NCBI GenBank assembly: GCA_021806605.1
Contig: JAJZQY010000004.1
Span: forward strand, 28,251-92,250
DNA length: 64,000 bases
Direction of reading: 5' to 3'
Source: Pseudomonadota bacterium
Lineage (GTDB): Bacteria; Pseudomonadota; Gammaproteobacteria; Burkholderiales; JABEVD01
Shown here: in pieces, positions 9,197 to 22,805 of the stretch
Layout: every line of letters starts with the position of its first letter
How positions within the stretch are numbered: the first letter of the stretch is position 1
Translations under genes and position numbers: made by a program
The notes under the pieces: generated by a model
Database searches by the model: none
The model's input: the letters and a program-made list of their open reading frames with translations, nothing else
What the model was told of the DNA's origin: nothing

Positions 9197-10446
9197 TCAG
9201 CGGAATGGAGATGGTACAGGCGATTGACGAGATCGACCAGATCGTCCCGCTCTGCCGCATTGGCGTGGTTCAGGGCATGACTGGGAACATGCAGGAACTT
9301 GTTCGTGAGGCCCACGCTGAGGGCTTCCAGGACCTGCTGCGGATCGACCCCCTTCGCCAGCATGCGCATCGCCCGGTCCAGCTCGTGCCTGCGGTGGCGC
9401 TCGCCATGATCGCGCAAGGCGCGGATCGTCGGGACGATTTCGCGGGATTCGAGCCAGTCCATGAAATTGGCGACATTCGAATCGATGATCACCTCGGCCT
9501 GGGCAACCGCGCTTTGCCTGGAATTGAGTCCTTCCCTGACCACTCCGGCCAAGTCGTCGACGGTATAAAGGAACACGTCGTCAAGTTCGGAAACTTCCGG
9601 CTCAATATCCCTCGGCACGGCAAGGTCGACCATGAAAATCGGCCTGTGCTTGCGCGCCTTGATCGCGCGCTCGACCATGCCCTTGCCGAGAATCGGCAGC
9701 TGGCTCGCGGTGGACGTGACGATGATGTCGTTTTCCGCCAGATGTTCGGGAAGCTCGTTCAGGGTGATGCCTTGGCCGTTGAAACGGGAAGCCAGCTGCT
9801 TGGCTCGCTCCAGCGTGCGGTTGGCGACCGTGATCTTCTTCGGATTGTGCGCGGAAAAATGCATCGCATTCAGCTCGATCATCTCGCCAGCGCCGATGAA
9901 GAGGACATTCTGGTCGGCAATCGAGGGGAAAATGCGCTCGGCCAGCCGCACCGCGGCAGCTGCCATCGACACCGAGCTCGACCCGATCGAGGTCTGGCTT
10001 CTGACTTCCTTGGCGACGGAAAAAGTTCTTTGGAACAGTTTGTGCAGCAAAAAGCCCAACGTGCCGGCCTGTTCGGCGGAATTCACCGCCTGCTTGAACT
10101 GCCCCAGGATCTGCGGCTCGCCGATGACCATCGAGTCCAGTCCGCTCGCGACCCTGAAGGCATGCTTGACCGCCTCCCCGCGCGGGAAAGTATAAACGTA
10201 GGGGGCAATGTACTGCGTTTTCAGATGATGATAGTCTGCAAGCCAGTCTATCGCTGGCGCAGGATCATGGGCATTGCAGTAGATTTCGGTCCTGTTGCAG
10301 GTCGATATGATCGCAGCTTCCCTGACCTTGCAGCTGTCGACGAGATCGCGCAGCGCCCCTTCCATGGAATCGGGCTGGAATGCGACCTTTTCGCGTACGT
10401 CAACGGGCGCAGTCTGATGATTGATGCCAAAAGCATGTAGCTGCAT
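9193..10446 (-). CDS. hemA: Glutamyl-tRNA reductase
   Basis: The product shows [18 protein letters not shown] and a Rossmann fold (VLFIGAGEM). The stop overlaps the prfA start (ATGA). Confidence 0.97.
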   Translation of the reverse strand: MQLHAFGINHQTAPVDVREKVAFQPDSMEGALRDLVDSCKVREAAIISTCNRTEIYCNAHDPAPAIDWLADYHHLKTQYIAPYVYTFPRGEAVKHAFRVASGLDSMVIGEPQILGQFKQAVNSAEQAGTLGFLLHKLFQRTFSVAKEVRSQTSIGSSSVSMAAAAVRLAERIFPSIADQNVLFIGAGEMIELNAMHFSAHNPKKITVANRTLERAKQLASRFNGQGITLNELPEHLAENDIIVTSTASQLPILGKGMVERAIKARKHRPIFMVDLAVPRDIEPEVSELDDVFLYTVDDLAGVVREGLNSRQSAVAQAEVIIDSNVANFMDWLESREIVPTIRALRDHGERHRRHELDRAMRMLAKGVDPQQVLEALSVGLTNKFLHVPSHALNHANAAERDDLVDLVNRLYHLHSAE

Positions 10447-10604
10447 GTCAGATCAAGAGCCTATGATCGAATCCGAAGGGTGGTCATTATATCATGTACC
10501 GCAAATTATCAAGCGCATGCGCTATTCTGCTGCACTTCGCGCCGCGCATCAAGCAGCGAAGCCTGCTCCAAGCCTTCGATGCCCAATCCGGCCCGCAAGT
10601 TCAG

Positions 10605-11024
10605 TCAGCTCATATCCTGAGGCCCAAGCACTTCCCTGAGCTGCGATTCCAGCAGCGCCTTCCAGCCGGGAAGCAGGGGGGCGGACTCCTCCCTCAGCGG
10701 TTTTCCCCATACCGGATTCGGGAAATGGCGGTCGCCCGAAAAGCGGGGGATGACATGCCAGTGCAGATGGGGGGTCATGTTCCCGAGGCTTGCGAGATTG
10801 ATCTTGTCAGGATGCAGCGCGGATCTTGCCGCCTGCTCCACCGAAAAAACGACCCTCATCAAGGCGATGCGCTCCTCTTCAGGAAGATCGCTCATCTCGG
10901 CGACATGGCGCTGCAGAATGACCCTGCAGAACCCGGGATAATCCTCATCCATGACGAGCACCACCCGGCAAAGTCCGTTCTGCCAGACGAGGTCGCCTCC
11001 CGTCTCTTCGCACAGTTCGCACAT
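10605..11024 (-). CDS. HIT-family hydrolase
   Basis: The product carries the histidine triad HLHWHVIPR. Its start shares 1 nt with the upstream stop (TGATG). Confidence 0.85.
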   Translation of the reverse strand: MCELCEETGGDLVWQNGLCRVVLVMDEDYPGFCRVILQRHVAEMSDLPEEERIALMRVVFSVEQAARSALHPDKINLASLGNMTPHLHWHVIPRFSGDRHFPNPVWGKPLREESAPLLPGWKALLESQLREVLGPQDMS

Positions 11025-14000
11025 CAGAGCAGTACCCGCTCAATCCCGCCATTGTTGGCTTTTGCCACATAATCCGCCATCCAGTTTTCCCCCAGAAGGT
11101 GGCGCGCCATTTCGACGACGATATAATCCGCCTCGATGCCGGCATCCTCATTGTAGCGGGACAATCCCTGGAGGCAGGACGGACAGGAAGTGAGCAGCTT
11201 GACGGGCTGGCTCTTTCCGATCTGATCGACCTTTTTCAGGATTTCTTCCTGCTTCCTGAATCTCACCTGGGTCGAAATGTCGGGGCGAGTCACCGCGAGC
11301 GTTCCCGCCTCCCCGCAGCAGCGCTCGCTCAGGACGACATCCTGCCCGACCAGCTGCTTCGCCACGCCCAGCGGCTCGTAGGTCTTCATCGGCGTATGGC
11401 AGGGATCGTGGTACATGTAGCGCACGCCCTGCAGCCCGTCCATCCTGACCCCTTTCTCGAGCAGGTATTCGTGGATGTCGAGCAGCCTGCAGCCCGGAAA
11501 GATCTTCCCGAACTCGTATTTCTGCAGCTGATCCATGCAGGTTCCGCAGGACACGATCACCGTCTTGATGTCCAGGTAATTCAAGGTGTTGGCCAGGCGA
11601 TGGAAAAGCACCCGGTTCCTGGTGACGATCTCCTGCCCCTTGTCGCCCTCCCCTGCGGAAGTCTGGGGATAGCCGCAGCACAGGTATCCCGGGGGAAGCA
11701 CGGTCTGGACCCCGATTTCGAAAAGCATCGCCTGGGTGGCAAGCCCGACCTGACCGAAGAGCCGCTCCGATCCGCATCCAGGGAAATAGAACACGGCGTC
11801 CGTTTCCTCGCCCACCTTCGCCTTGTCCCGTATCACCGGAACGACGGCATCGTTTTCGATGTCGAGCAGCGCGCGCGAAGTCTTCTTGGGCAAATTGCCC
11901 GGCATCGGCTTGTTGAGGAAATGGATCACCTGAGCCTGCAGCTTCGGCCGCCCCACCGACGAAGCAGGATGCGCCATCTGACTCTGGATCAACCCCAGCT
12001 TCCTCGCAGCCGCGTGGCCCATGCGCTGCAGCTTGTAGCCCCACTCGATCATGAACTTGCGGGTCATGGCAATCGCCTCTGGATCGGTCGCGGTGAGAAA
12101 GAACATCGCCGCAGCCGTACCCAAGCTCGCCTTCTTCTTCCCCATCTTCCTGAGGAAATTGCGCATCATGATCGAAACGTCGCCGAAATCGATCTTGACC
12201 GGACAGGGATTGGCGCATTTATGGCAGACGGTGCAGTGATCCGCCACATCGCAAAATTCGTCGAAATGCCTGAACGAAATCCCTCTTCTGGTCTGCTCTT
12301 CGTAAAGGAAAGCCTCGACCAGAAGGCTGGTTCCCAGGATCTTGTTCCTCGGGCTGTAGAGCAGGTTGGCCCGCGGCACATGGGTATTGCAGACCGGCTT
12401 GCATTTTCCGCAGCGCATGCAGTCCTTGATCGAATCCGAGATCTTGCCGATCTCGCTCTGCTCGAGGATCAGGCTCTCCAGTTCGAGAAGATTGAAACTG
12501 GGCGTATAGGCATCCCCGAGATCGGCCCCGTGCATCAGCTTGCCCTTGTTGAATCGCCCATGGGGATCGACTTTCGCCTTGTAGGCAGCGAACGCATCGA
12601 GTTCCTGCGGCTCCAGGAACTCGATCTTGGTGATGCCTATGCCGTGCTCCCCGGAAATCACGCCGCCCAGCGATTTTGCGAGCGCCATGATTCTCGCGAC
12701 CGCCTCGTTCGCCTGCTGCAGCATCAGGTAATCGTCCGAGTTGACCGGGATGTTGGTATGCACGTTGCCGTCTCCGGCATGCATGTGGAGCGCGACGAAA
12801 ACGCGCGATTTCAGCACCTTGCCATGCACGGCGTCGCATTCCTCCAGGATCTTCTGGTAGACCCTGCCCGAGAAAATCTGGTGCAGCTTCGCGCGGATTT
12901 CGCTTTTCCACGAAACCCTGATGCCGTGCGACTGCAATGCCCTGAATACCGATTCGCCTTCTTCGGCCGGCTCATCCAGGTTTTCCAGCATGAAACGCCA
13001 GCGTTCCTTCGCCTCTCCCAGGAGCGCCCTGGCCTGCCCGACCCGGTTGCCGAGAAGCTCTTCCGAACCGATTTTCTCGTCGTCCTGCACCAGGGGAAGA
13101 TCCCCCTGAAAGAAGGCGTCCAGGGCATCGAGAAGGTTCAATTTGTTCCTGATCGAGAGCTCGATATTTATCCGTTCTATGCCGTCCGAGTAGTCACCCA
13201 GGCGGGGCAGCGGAATCACCACGTCCTCGTTGATCTTGAACGCATTGGTGTGCTTTGCGATGGCAGCGGTGCGCGCACGATCCAGCCAGAATTTCTTTCT
13301 CGCCTCCGGGGTCACGGCAATCGATCCTTCCCCTCCGCGCAAATTGGCTATCTTCACCACACGGGACGCGGCGATCGCGATTTCGTCCTCGTCGTCCCCG
13401 ACGATATCGGCGATCAATACCATTTTCGGCAGCACGGTTCGGGATTTCGTCGAATAGCCCACCGCCTTCAGATAGCGCGCGTCCAGATGCTCCAGCCCTG
13501 CGAGGGTCGCTTCCTCGTGCGCATCGAGATAATCCTTGATTTCGACAATCGCGGGCACCGCTTCCCTGATTTCGGAGAAGAATTCCAGGCAGACTGTCCG
13601 GGTATGCTTCGGCATTTTGTGCAGAATGAACCGGGCGGATGTGATGATGCCATCGCATCCTTCCTTCTGTATTCCGGGAAGGCCCGAAAGGAACTTGTCC
13701 GTCACGTCCTTGCCGAGACCTTCCTTCCTGAATTTCTTCCCCTCGATTTCGAGCACTTCCGGCTCGTGCAGCGGCGTTTTTCCGTCCTGGGCAAAACGGC
13801 TTATCCTGAATTTCGCGGTTTTGATATCGTGTATCTTCCCCAGATTGTGATCCAGCCTTTCGACGAGAAGCCAGTTCGCATCAGGGGTGACCATTTTCCA
13901 GGAAGCGAGGTTGTCTAGCGCGGTTCCCCACAGCACCGCTTTCTTTCCCCCCGCATTCATGGCGACGTTTCCGCCTATGCAGGAAGCGTCCGCAGAAGTC

Positions 14001-14791
14001 GGATCGACCGCGAAGACATAGCCGCCCTCTTCCGCGCTGTCCATCACGCGGCGGGTCACCACTCCCGCCCCGCAGTGCAGGGTGGGGACGGGAAAATCCA
14101 GTCCGGGAAGGGCGAGATGCTCGATCGGGCCGAGATTTTCCAGCTTTTCGGTGTTGAGCACGGCAGAATGCTTGGTGAGCGGAATTGCCCCGCCCGTGTA
14201 GCCTGTGCCGCCCCCCCGCGGAATCATGGTGAGTCCCAATTCGATGCAGGCGCCGACAAGCTGGGCGACCTCTTCCTCGGCATCGGGGCTGATCACCACG
14301 AAAGGATATTCGACCCGCCAGTCGGTGGCATCGGTGACATGGGAGACTCTTGCCAGGCCGTCGAACGCGATGTTGTCGCGCCGGGTGAACCTGGAAAGCA
14401 GGCGAGCTGCGCGACGCCTGAGTTTCAGGGTCTCCTCGAATTCCGATTCGAACGCGTTCACCGCCTGGTGCGCCCTGGCAAGCAGGAATTTGACCTTCTC
14501 GTTCTCCTGTCGCCGCTCCTCGATCGCGGAAAGCCTGTGCCTCAGCGCGCCGACCAGCGCCTTTCGCCTTTCGCGGTTGGAAAGCAGGTCGTCCTGGAGA
14601 TAGGGGTTTCTCGAAACCACCCAGATGTCGCCGAGCACTTCGTAAAGCATGCGCGCGGAGCGCCCCGTCTTCCGCTCCGATCTCAACTCGTTCAGGACGT
14701 TCCACGCTTCCCCGCCGAGGATCCTGATGACGATTTCGCGATCGGAAAAGGAAGTATAGTTGTAGGGAATCTCCCGAAGTCTAGCGCTCAT
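11024..14791 (-). CDS. DUF3683 + FAD-linked oxidase (GlcD-like) + 4Fe-4S dicluster + CCG cysteine-rich (GlcF-like) fusion oxidoreductase, YdiJ-like
   Basis: This uses the internal ATG at 14791 of track ORF 11024..15082. The N-terminus is [24 protein letters not shown] binding is indicated by [12 protein letters not shown]. The Fe-S motifs are [11 protein letters not shown] and [15 protein letters not shown]-type motifs are [10 protein letters not shown] and [10 protein letters not shown]. Confidence 0.85.
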   Translation of the reverse strand: MSARLREIPYNYTSFSDREIVIRILGGEAWNVLNELRSERKTGRSARMLYEVLGDIWVVSRNPYLQDDLLSNRERRKALVGALRHRLSAIEERRQENEKVKFLLARAHQAVNAFESEFEETLKLRRRAARLLSRFTRRDNIAFDGLARVSHVTDATDWRVEYPFVVISPDAEEEVAQLVGACIELGLTMIPRGGGTGYTGGAIPLTKHSAVLNTEKLENLGPIEHLALPGLDFPVPTLHCGAGVVTRRVMDSAEEGGYVFAVDPTSADASCIGGNVAMNAGGKKAVLWGTALDNLASWKMVTPDANWLLVERLDHNLGKIHDIKTAKFRISRFAQDGKTPLHEPEVLEIEGKKFRKEGLGKDVTDKFLSGLPGIQKEGCDGIITSARFILHKMPKHTRTVCLEFFSEIREAVPAIVEIKDYLDAHEEATLAGLEHLDARYLKAVGYSTKSRTVLPKMVLIADIVGDDEDEIAIAASRVVKIANLRGGEGSIAVTPEARKKFWLDRARTAAIAKHTNAFKINEDVVIPLPRLGDYSDGIERINIELSIRNKLNLLDALDAFFQGDLPLVQDDEKIGSEELLGNRVGQARALLGEAKERWRFMLENLDEPAEEGESVFRALQSHGIRVSWKSEIRAKLHQIFSGRVYQKILEECDAVHGKVLKSRVFVALHMHAGDGNVHTNIPVNSDDYLMLQQANEAVARIMALAKSLGGVISGEHGIGITKIEFLEPQELDAFAAYKAKVDPHGRFNKGKLMHGADLGDAYTPSFNLLELESLILEQSEIGKISDSIKDCMRCGKCKPVCNTHVPRANLLYSPRNKILGTSLLVEAFLYEEQTRRGISFRHFDEFCDVADHCTVCHKCANPCPVKIDFGDVSIMMRNFLRKMGKKKASLGTAAAMFFLTATDPEAIAMTRKFMIEWGYKLQRMGHAAARKLGLIQSQMAHPASSVGRPKLQAQVIHFLNKPMPGNLPKKTSRALLDIENDAVVPVIRDKAKVGEETDAVFYFPGCGSERLFGQVGLATQAMLFEIGVQTVLPPGYLCCGYPQTSAGEGDKGQEIVTRNRVLFHRLANTLNYLDIKTVIVSCGTCMDQLQKYEFGKIFPGCRLLDIHEYLLEKGVRMDGLQGVRYMYHDPCHTPMKTYEPLGVAKQLVGQDVVLSERCCGEAGTLAVTRPDISTQVRFRKQEEILKKVDQIGKSQPVKLLTSCPSCLQGLSRYNEDAGIEADYIVVEMARHLLGENWMADYVAKANNGGIERVLL

Positions 14792-14805
14792 GGCCGTTCC
14801 GACAC

Positions 14806-16503
14806 CTACTTCTTCGGCATGTAAAGATCGGTGATGCTGCCGATGGCGATTTCGGAGGCGAACATCGCGGTTTCGGAAAGCGTCGGATGGGGATGTATCG
14901 TAAGCGCGATGTCTTCCGCATCCGCCCCCATTTCGAGGGCAAGCACCATTTCGGCGATCAATTCGCCGGCATTGGTGCCGACCATGGCCGCCCCGAGGAG
15001 TTTTCCGGAGTCCTTGGCAAAAACAAGCTTGGTCATGCCCTCGCTTCGCCCCGTCGAAAGCGAGCGCCCGCTCGCTGCCCAAGGGAAGACCGCCTTGTCG
15101 TACTCGACGCCCTGCTGCTTCGCCTCCTTCTCGGTCAGCCCCATCCAGGCCACTTCAGGGTCGGTATAGGCCACCGAAGGAATGGTGAGCGCATCGAAAT
15201 GCGCCTTGTGCCCGGATATCACTTCAGCCGCGATCTTGGCTTCATAAGTCGCCTTGTGCGCCAGCATGGGTTCTCCGACGATGTCGCCGATGGCGAAAAT
15301 GTTCGGCACATTCGTCCTGCATTGCCCATCCACTGGAATGAAACCCCGCTCGTCGACAAAAATGCCCGCATTCTCCGCGCCTACCGCTTTGCCGTTGGGG
15401 CGCCGTCCCACGGCCATGAGGATCCTGTCGAAAAGCTGCGGCTCGGGTGCCTTTTCACCCTCGAAATGGACCCTGATGCCCTCGGCGAGCGGCTCCATCT
15501 TCGTCACCTTGGTCTTGAGCAGGATCGCTTCGTAGCGGGACTCGATGTGCTTGTGCAGGGGCTTAACGATATCCTTGTCCGCCCCCGGAATGAGGGAATC
15601 CATCAACTCGACGACCGTGATTTTCGCTCCCAGCGCACTGTACACGGCAGCCATTTCAAGCCCTATGATGCCGCCGCCCACCACCAGCATTCTTTCCGGA
15701 ATCGATTCCAGCGCAAGCGCCCCGGTAGAATCGATGATTCTCGGGTCCTCGTAGGGGAATCCGGGAATTTTCGCGACGCTCGACCCTGCCGCGATAATCG
15801 CCGAATCGAAGGAAATCGTCGAAATTCCTTCGGCTGTCGCAACCTCGATCGAATTGCCCGAGACGAACTTTCCCTCTCCCCTCACCACTTTCACCTTCCG
15901 CTGCTTCGCGAGCCCGGAAAGTCCCCTGGTCAATTTCCCGACCACTTCGTTTTTCCAGCTTCGCACGGCATCGATATCGACAGCCGGCTTGCCGAAAGTC
16001 ACGCCGTGGCTGCCGACTTCTTCGGCCTCGGTGATGACTTTGGCGACATGCAGCAGCGCCTTGGAAGGGATGCATCCCACGTTGAGGCAGACTCCGCCGA
16101 GCTTCTCGTGCCGCTCGATCAGAATCACGCTCTTTCCCAGGTCCGCTGCGCGGAAAGCCGCCGTATATCCGCCGGGGCCTGCCCCCAGAACCACCACGTC
16201 TGCATGCAGGCCGGAACGCTCTGCGCCAGGCGCTGAGGCTGCCGCCGCTGGCGCATCGGCAGATTCGACTTCCATGAAAAGCAGGCGGGAGCCCTCGGAA
16301 ACGAGGTCCCCGACCTTGACCGATATTTCACGCACGATGCCTGCGAAGGGGGCGGGAACGTCGATCGTGGCCTTGTCCGATTCGAGCGTGACGAGGGTCG
16401 CATCCTTCTCCAGCCGGTCCCCCGATTTCACCGCCACCTCGATAATGGCGACGTCCTTGAAATTGCCGATTCCCGGCACCTTGACTTCCAGTTTTCTGCT
16501 CAT
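14806..16503 (-). CDS. lpdA: Dihydrolipoyl dehydrogenase (E3) with an N-terminal lipoyl domain
   Basis: The N-terminal lipoyl motif is [11 protein letters not shown]. It is followed by GAGPGGY, the redox disulfide [13 protein letters not shown], and the HPHPTLSE interface motif. Confidence 0.93.
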   Translation of the reverse strand: MSRKLEVKVPGIGNFKDVAIIEVAVKSGDRLEKDATLVTLESDKATIDVPAPFAGIVREISVKVGDLVSEGSRLLFMEVESADAPAAAASAPGAERSGLHADVVVLGAGPGGYTAAFRAADLGKSVILIERHEKLGGVCLNVGCIPSKALLHVAKVITEAEEVGSHGVTFGKPAVDIDAVRSWKNEVVGKLTRGLSGLAKQRKVKVVRGEGKFVSGNSIEVATAEGISTISFDSAIIAAGSSVAKIPGFPYEDPRIIDSTGALALESIPERMLVVGGGIIGLEMAAVYSALGAKITVVELMDSLIPGADKDIVKPLHKHIESRYEAILLKTKVTKMEPLAEGIRVHFEGEKAPEPQLFDRILMAVGRRPNGKAVGAENAGIFVDERGFIPVDGQCRTNVPNIFAIGDIVGEPMLAHKATYEAKIAAEVISGHKAHFDALTIPSVAYTDPEVAWMGLTEKEAKQQGVEYDKAVFPWAASGRSLSTGRSEGMTKLVFAKDSGKLLGAAMVGTNAGELIAEMVLALEMGADAEDIALTIHPHPTLSETAMFASEIAIGSITDLYMPKK

Positions 16504-16516
16504 TCGATTCTCCTTG

Positions 16517-17773
16517 TCACGTCCTCACCTGCCCGTCTCCGAGGACGATGAATTTCTGGCTGGTCAGCCCTTCCAGGCCGACCGGTCCGCGCGCATGAAT
16601 CTTGTCGGTGGAAATGCCGATTTCCGCGCCGAGACCGTATTCGAACCCGTCGGCAAATCGCGTCGATGCATTCACCATGACCGAACTCGAATCGACCTCC
16701 CTGATGAAGCGGCGCGCTTTCGAATAATCCTCCGTGACGATGGCGTCGGTATGCTGGGAACCGTAACGGTTGATATGCTCCATCGCCTCGTCCAGATCCT
16801 TCACGACGCGAACGCTCAGGATGGGGGCGAGATATTCCGTCTTCCAGTCCTCTTCCGTCGCCGCGATCATTTGCGGAACGATGCGCCTGGCGGCCTCGTC
16901 ACCCCTCAGCTCGACGCCCTTTTGCAGATAGATCGCGCAGAGCGGGGGCAGAATCCTGTCTGCCACGCCGGATGCGACGAGCAGCGTCTCCATCGTGTTG
17001 CAGGTGCCGTAGCGCTGCGTCTTGGCATTGTCGGCTATTCTCAGCGCCTTGTCGAAATCGGCGCTGTCGTCGATATAGACATGGCACACCCCGTGAAGAT
17101 GCTTGATGACCGGGATCGTCGCCTCGCCCGAGATGCGCTCGATCAGCCCTTTTCCGCCCCTCGGGACGATCACGTCGACATGATCCTTCATCGTGATCAG
17201 TTCGCCGACGGCGGCGCGGTCAGGGGTTGCGATCACCTGAACTGCCGTCTCGGGAAGCCCTGCAGTGCGCAGTCCTTCGTGGACCAGGGCTGCGATCGCC
17301 TGGTTGCAGTGCAGCGCCTCGGAGCCGCCGCGCAGGATCGCGGCATTGCCAGACTTCAGGCAAAGTCCGGCGGCATCTGCGGTCACGTTGGGGCGAGCCT
17401 CGTAAATGATGCCGATCACACCCAGGGGAACGCGCATCCTGCCGACCTGGATGCCGGAAGGGCGGAATTTCATGTCGCTGATCTCGCCTATGGGATCGGG
17501 AAGGGAGGCGATCTGCAGCAATCCCTCGCTCATTCCGGCAATGCCTTTCCTGGAAAGGGTCAATCGATCGATGAGCGCGGGCTCCAGCCCTCTCTGTTTC
17601 GCTCCCTCCAGATCCATGGCATTGGCTTCCAGAAGGCGATCAGCCTCGCGAGAGATAGCCTCCGCGATCGCTTCCAGCGCGCGGTTCTTGGCTGCCGTAT
17701 CCGCCCGCGCCATCAGCCTGGATGCCGCTCTCGCCTCCCTGCCGACGCCATCCATGTAGCTTTTGATGTCCAT
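16517..17773 (-). CDS. proA: Gamma-glutamyl phosphate reductase
   Basis: ProA family motifs are present throughout. I prefer the ATG at 17773 ([23 protein letters not shown] 7 nt upstream) over the TTG at 17788. Confidence 0.95.
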   Translation of the reverse strand: MDIKSYMDGVGREARAASRLMARADTAAKNRALEAIAEAISREADRLLEANAMDLEGAKQRGLEPALIDRLTLSRKGIAGMSEGLLQIASLPDPIGEISDMKFRPSGIQVGRMRVPLGVIGIIYEARPNVTADAAGLCLKSGNAAILRGGSEALHCNQAIAALVHEGLRTAGLPETAVQVIATPDRAAVGELITMKDHVDVIVPRGGKGLIERISGEATIPVIKHLHGVCHVYIDDSADFDKALRIADNAKTQRYGTCNTMETLLVASGVADRILPPLCAIYLQKGVELRGDEAARRIVPQMIAATEEDWKTEYLAPILSVRVVKDLDEAMEHINRYGSQHTDAIVTEDYSKARRFIREVDSSSVMVNASTRFADGFEYGLGAEIGISTDKIHARGPVGLEGLTSQKFIVLGDGQVRT

Positions 17774-17799
17774 AGAAGAACCCCGCAAAATCGTTCATT

Positions 17800-18816
17800 T
17801 TATCCGTTTTTGGGCCTGGCGGCGAAATTCAGGCCGAGCTGCAGCAGTTCGTCCCAGACATTCCCCTTGCGCAAGCCCTTGATCATCTGGTCTATATGGG
17901 CGGCCTTGAGCAGCATTTGCTCCAGGAATCCTAGGCCGACCCGCTTGCTTGCTTTCAGGACAAGCGTCTGCCGCGCTCCCCATATGCGCGCGTCCCTCAG
18001 CACCTGCGCCTGCGGGAGGCCCCGCTTCATTCCGGCAGCCACCCTGAGAAGCGCCCTGATTTCATCGGCCAGATGCCAAAGCACCAGGGGCTCGGCAACC
18101 CCTTCGCCTTCCAGGGCCTCCAGTATCTTCGCGTAGCGCGCGACATCCGGGGCCAGCATGGCTTCGCCGAGCTGGAATATGTCGTAGCGCGCGACATCCA
18201 GAACAGCCTTCTTCGCATCGACAAAGGAAATTTTCCCGGGGGGATGAAGGAGGCCGAGCTTGCTGATTTCCTGGTGCGCAGCAAGCAGGTTTCCTTCCAC
18301 GCAATCGGCAATGAATTGCAGCGTTTCGATATCGGCCTGCTGGTTCTGCCGGGCAAGCCTTCGGGAAATCCATTGCGGCAGCTCTCCCCTTTCGATCGAA
18401 TTTGCCGAAACCGCAACGCCATATCGATCGAGCGCCTCGAACCATTTCGAAGCCATGCCCTGCCTGTCGAGCTTCCCCATGCTGACCAGGGTGAGCACGT
18501 CGGGCTGCAATGCCTCGCAATAGGACTGCAGCGCCTGACTGCCTTCCGCGCCGACCTTGCCGGAAGGAATCCTGAGGTCGACGAGCTTCTTCGAACAGAA
18601 CAGGGAAAGGCTTCTCGAAGCATCAAGCAGCGCATTCCAGTCGAAGCCCTGCTCGACAGTCAGGATGTCGCGCTCGAGAAAGCCTGCTCTTCTGGCTGCC
18701 GCGCGGATCGAATCGGCCGCCTCCGCGAGCAGAAGAGGGGAGTCGCCGTGAAGCACGTAAAGGCGCTGCAGCCCCTTTTCCAGATGGGCGTCCAGCCTGC
18801 CCGAATCAATTTTCAT
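17800..18816 (-). CDS. holA: DNA polymerase III subunit delta
   Basis: The HolA-like N-terminus is LYVLHGDSPLL. Conserved leuS-lptE-holA synteny supports the call. Confidence 0.88.
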   Translation of the reverse strand: MKIDSGRLDAHLEKGLQRLYVLHGDSPLLLAEAADSIRAAARRAGFLERDILTVEQGFDWNALLDASRSLSLFCSKKLVDLRIPSGKVGAEGSQALQSYCEALQPDVLTLVSMGKLDRQGMASKWFEALDRYGVAVSANSIERGELPQWISRRLARQNQQADIETLQFIADCVEGNLLAAHQEISKLGLLHPPGKISFVDAKKAVLDVARYDIFQLGEAMLAPDVARYAKILEALEGEGVAEPLVLWHLADEIRALLRVAAGMKRGLPQAQVLRDARIWGARQTLVLKASKRVGLGFLEQMLLKAAHIDQMIKGLRKGNVWDELLQLGLNFAARPKNG

Positions 18817-19291
18817 CAGGCTTCACTGCGGCAAGGCGACGGATGATCTGGTCGACCGCGTCGCTTTGCATGTCGTTATTCAGCAGCACGGCTTCGCTCT
18901 CCTTCGCCAGAATTTCGGAAATGTCGTAGCTCAGCAACCGGGTCAGGAAGAGTTCGCTTCTCGGAATCCGCACTTCTCCCTTGTCGTCCAGCAGGCGGAA
19001 AGCCACCTTGTAGCGCAACTGGTATTCCCGGACCTGCCCGGTGGCATCCAGCGAAAGGATGATCCTGTCATTCACCGCACTCAGAACCTCCAGTCTCCAG
19101 GAGGACTTGGTCGGCTTGTCGACCACGCGCGCTTCACTGCCCGACTCGATGGAACGCTTCAGTTCAGCGGCAAGGGGTGTCCCTCCAGGCGAAATCGCAA
19201 TGCTTTCGAAAGGAAACTCTTCCTGCCCGCGCAGATGGAATCCGCAGGAAGCGAGCTGGAGGGCCAGAAAAATCGGGACAAGTTTGCGCAT
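18806..19291 (-). CDS. lptE: LPS-assembly lipoprotein LptE
   Basis: The internal ATG at 19291 gives a lipobox, MRKLVPIFLALQLASC/GFHLRG. The gene sits between leuS and holA. Confidence 0.8.
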   Translation of the reverse strand: MRKLVPIFLALQLASCGFHLRGQEEFPFESIAISPGGTPLAAELKRSIESGSEARVVDKPTKSSWRLEVLSAVNDRIILSLDATGQVREYQLRYKVAFRLLDDKGEVRIPRSELFLTRLLSYDISEILAKESEAVLLNNDMQSDAVDQIIRRLAAVKPDEN

Positions 19292-19293
19292 TT

Positions 19294-21738
<2,445 letters not shown>

Positions 21739-21873
21739 CTAATATCGTTTATGTTCCGAACTCCGGATTATACCTCGCAAGCAGCGCTTTAGGACGGGTG
21801 CCCTGTCTTAAATCGTCACATTCTGTTAAAGTAATGGGATTCAAAGGTTTCAATCAGTCCAGGAGATAAAATC

Positions 21874-22758
21874 ATGTCGAAAAGACACCCTGTCATCGCC
21901 GTAACCGGCTCGTCGGGCGCAGGCACCACCACGGTCAAGCGCGCTTTCGAGAACGTCTTCCGCCGCGAGCATATCGATGCGGCCGTTATCGAAGGGGACA
22001 GCCTGCACAGCATGGACCGCAAGGCATTTCGCGCAGCGGTTGCCAATGCCGAGAAGAACGGCACCCAGGCGCCCAGCCATTTCGGCCCCGAAGCCAACCA
22101 TTTCGACAAGATCGCGGAAACCTTCGAAACCTATGGAAAGAAGGGCACCTGCAAAAGGCGCTATTACATCCACAGCGACGAAGAGGCGCGCGACCACAAT
22201 GCACGCCTCGGCACCAGCCTGAACCCCGGCGAATTCACGCCCTGGGAAGACATCCCTGAAGGCTCCGACCTCCTTTTCTACGAAGGGCTGCACGGCCTCG
22301 TGAAAACCGACAGCGTGGATGCTGCGCAGCATGTCGATCTCGGCGTAGGCGTCGTGCCCATCGTCAATCTCGAATGGATACAGAAGATCCACAGGGATGC
22401 CGCAGAGCGCGGCTATTCCGCGGAAGCTACCGTGGATACGATCCTGCGCCGCATGCCGGACTACATCAATCACATCACGCCGCAGTTCTCGCAGACGCAC
22501 ATCAACTTCCAGCGCGTACCGACCGTGGATACCTCCAACCCGTTCATCGCGCGCGACATCCCCACCCTGGACGAAAGCTTCGTGGTGGTGCGTTTCCGCG
22601 ATCCGCACGGCGTGGATTTCCCGTACCTGCTCAACATGATCCACGATTCCTTCATGTCCCGCCCCAACACCCTGGTGGTGCCCGGCGGCAAGATGAGCTT
22701 CGCCCTGGAAGTGATTCTGGCGCCCATCATGCACGACATGATCCAGAACAAGAAGTAA
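21874..22758 (+). CDS. prk: Phosphoribulokinase
   Basis: The product has a P-loop (VTGSSGAGTTT) and PRK-family motifs (YEGLHG, VPIVNLEWIQKIHRD) and is 294 aa long. Confidence 0.95.
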   Translation: MSKRHPVIAVTGSSGAGTTTVKRAFENVFRREHIDAAVIEGDSLHSMDRKAFRAAVANAEKNGTQAPSHFGPEANHFDKIAETFETYGKKGTCKRRYYIHSDEEARDHNARLGTSLNPGEFTPWEDIPEGSDLLFYEGLHGLVKTDSVDAAQHVDLGVGVVPIVNLEWIQKIHRDAAERGYSAEATVDTILRRMPDYINHITPQFSQTHINFQRVPTVDTSNPFIARDIPTLDESFVVVRFRDPHGVDFPYLLNMIHDSFMSRPNTLVVPGGKMSFALEVILAPIMHDMIQNKK

Positions 22759-22805
22759 CCGGTTTCAGGGGAGCAGGAACCCGCTCCCCTTGTTCCCAGG
22801 AAATC

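Noticed and set aside
11099-13918. A 939-aa ORF on the plus strand
   Set aside because: It lies exactly antisense to the DUF3683/FAD/Fe-S oxidoreductase. Its translation is R/H/P/G/L-rich low-information sequence with no motifs. The minus strand carries unmistakable FAD, 4Fe-4S and CCG motifs. This is a typical GC-rich antisense artefact.
16517-17788. A TTG-initiated five-codon N-terminal extension of proA (MRGSS...)
   Set aside because: The ATG at 17773 has a better-placed purine-rich SD (GGGG) and gives the usual ProA N-terminus. The difference is trivial either way.
15854-18136. A 760-aa ORF on the plus strand spanning three genes
   Set aside because: It runs antisense across lpdA, proA and holA. 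Its composition is S/P/R/A-rich and it shows no domain signatures, whereas all three minus-strand genes are strongly supported.
21850-22734. A 294-aa ORF mirroring prk on the minus strand, with the same length
   Set aside because: The plus frame has the P-loop and PRK motifs and an SD-like AGGAGA upstream. The mirror frame is H/G/A/V/R-rich with no motifs.
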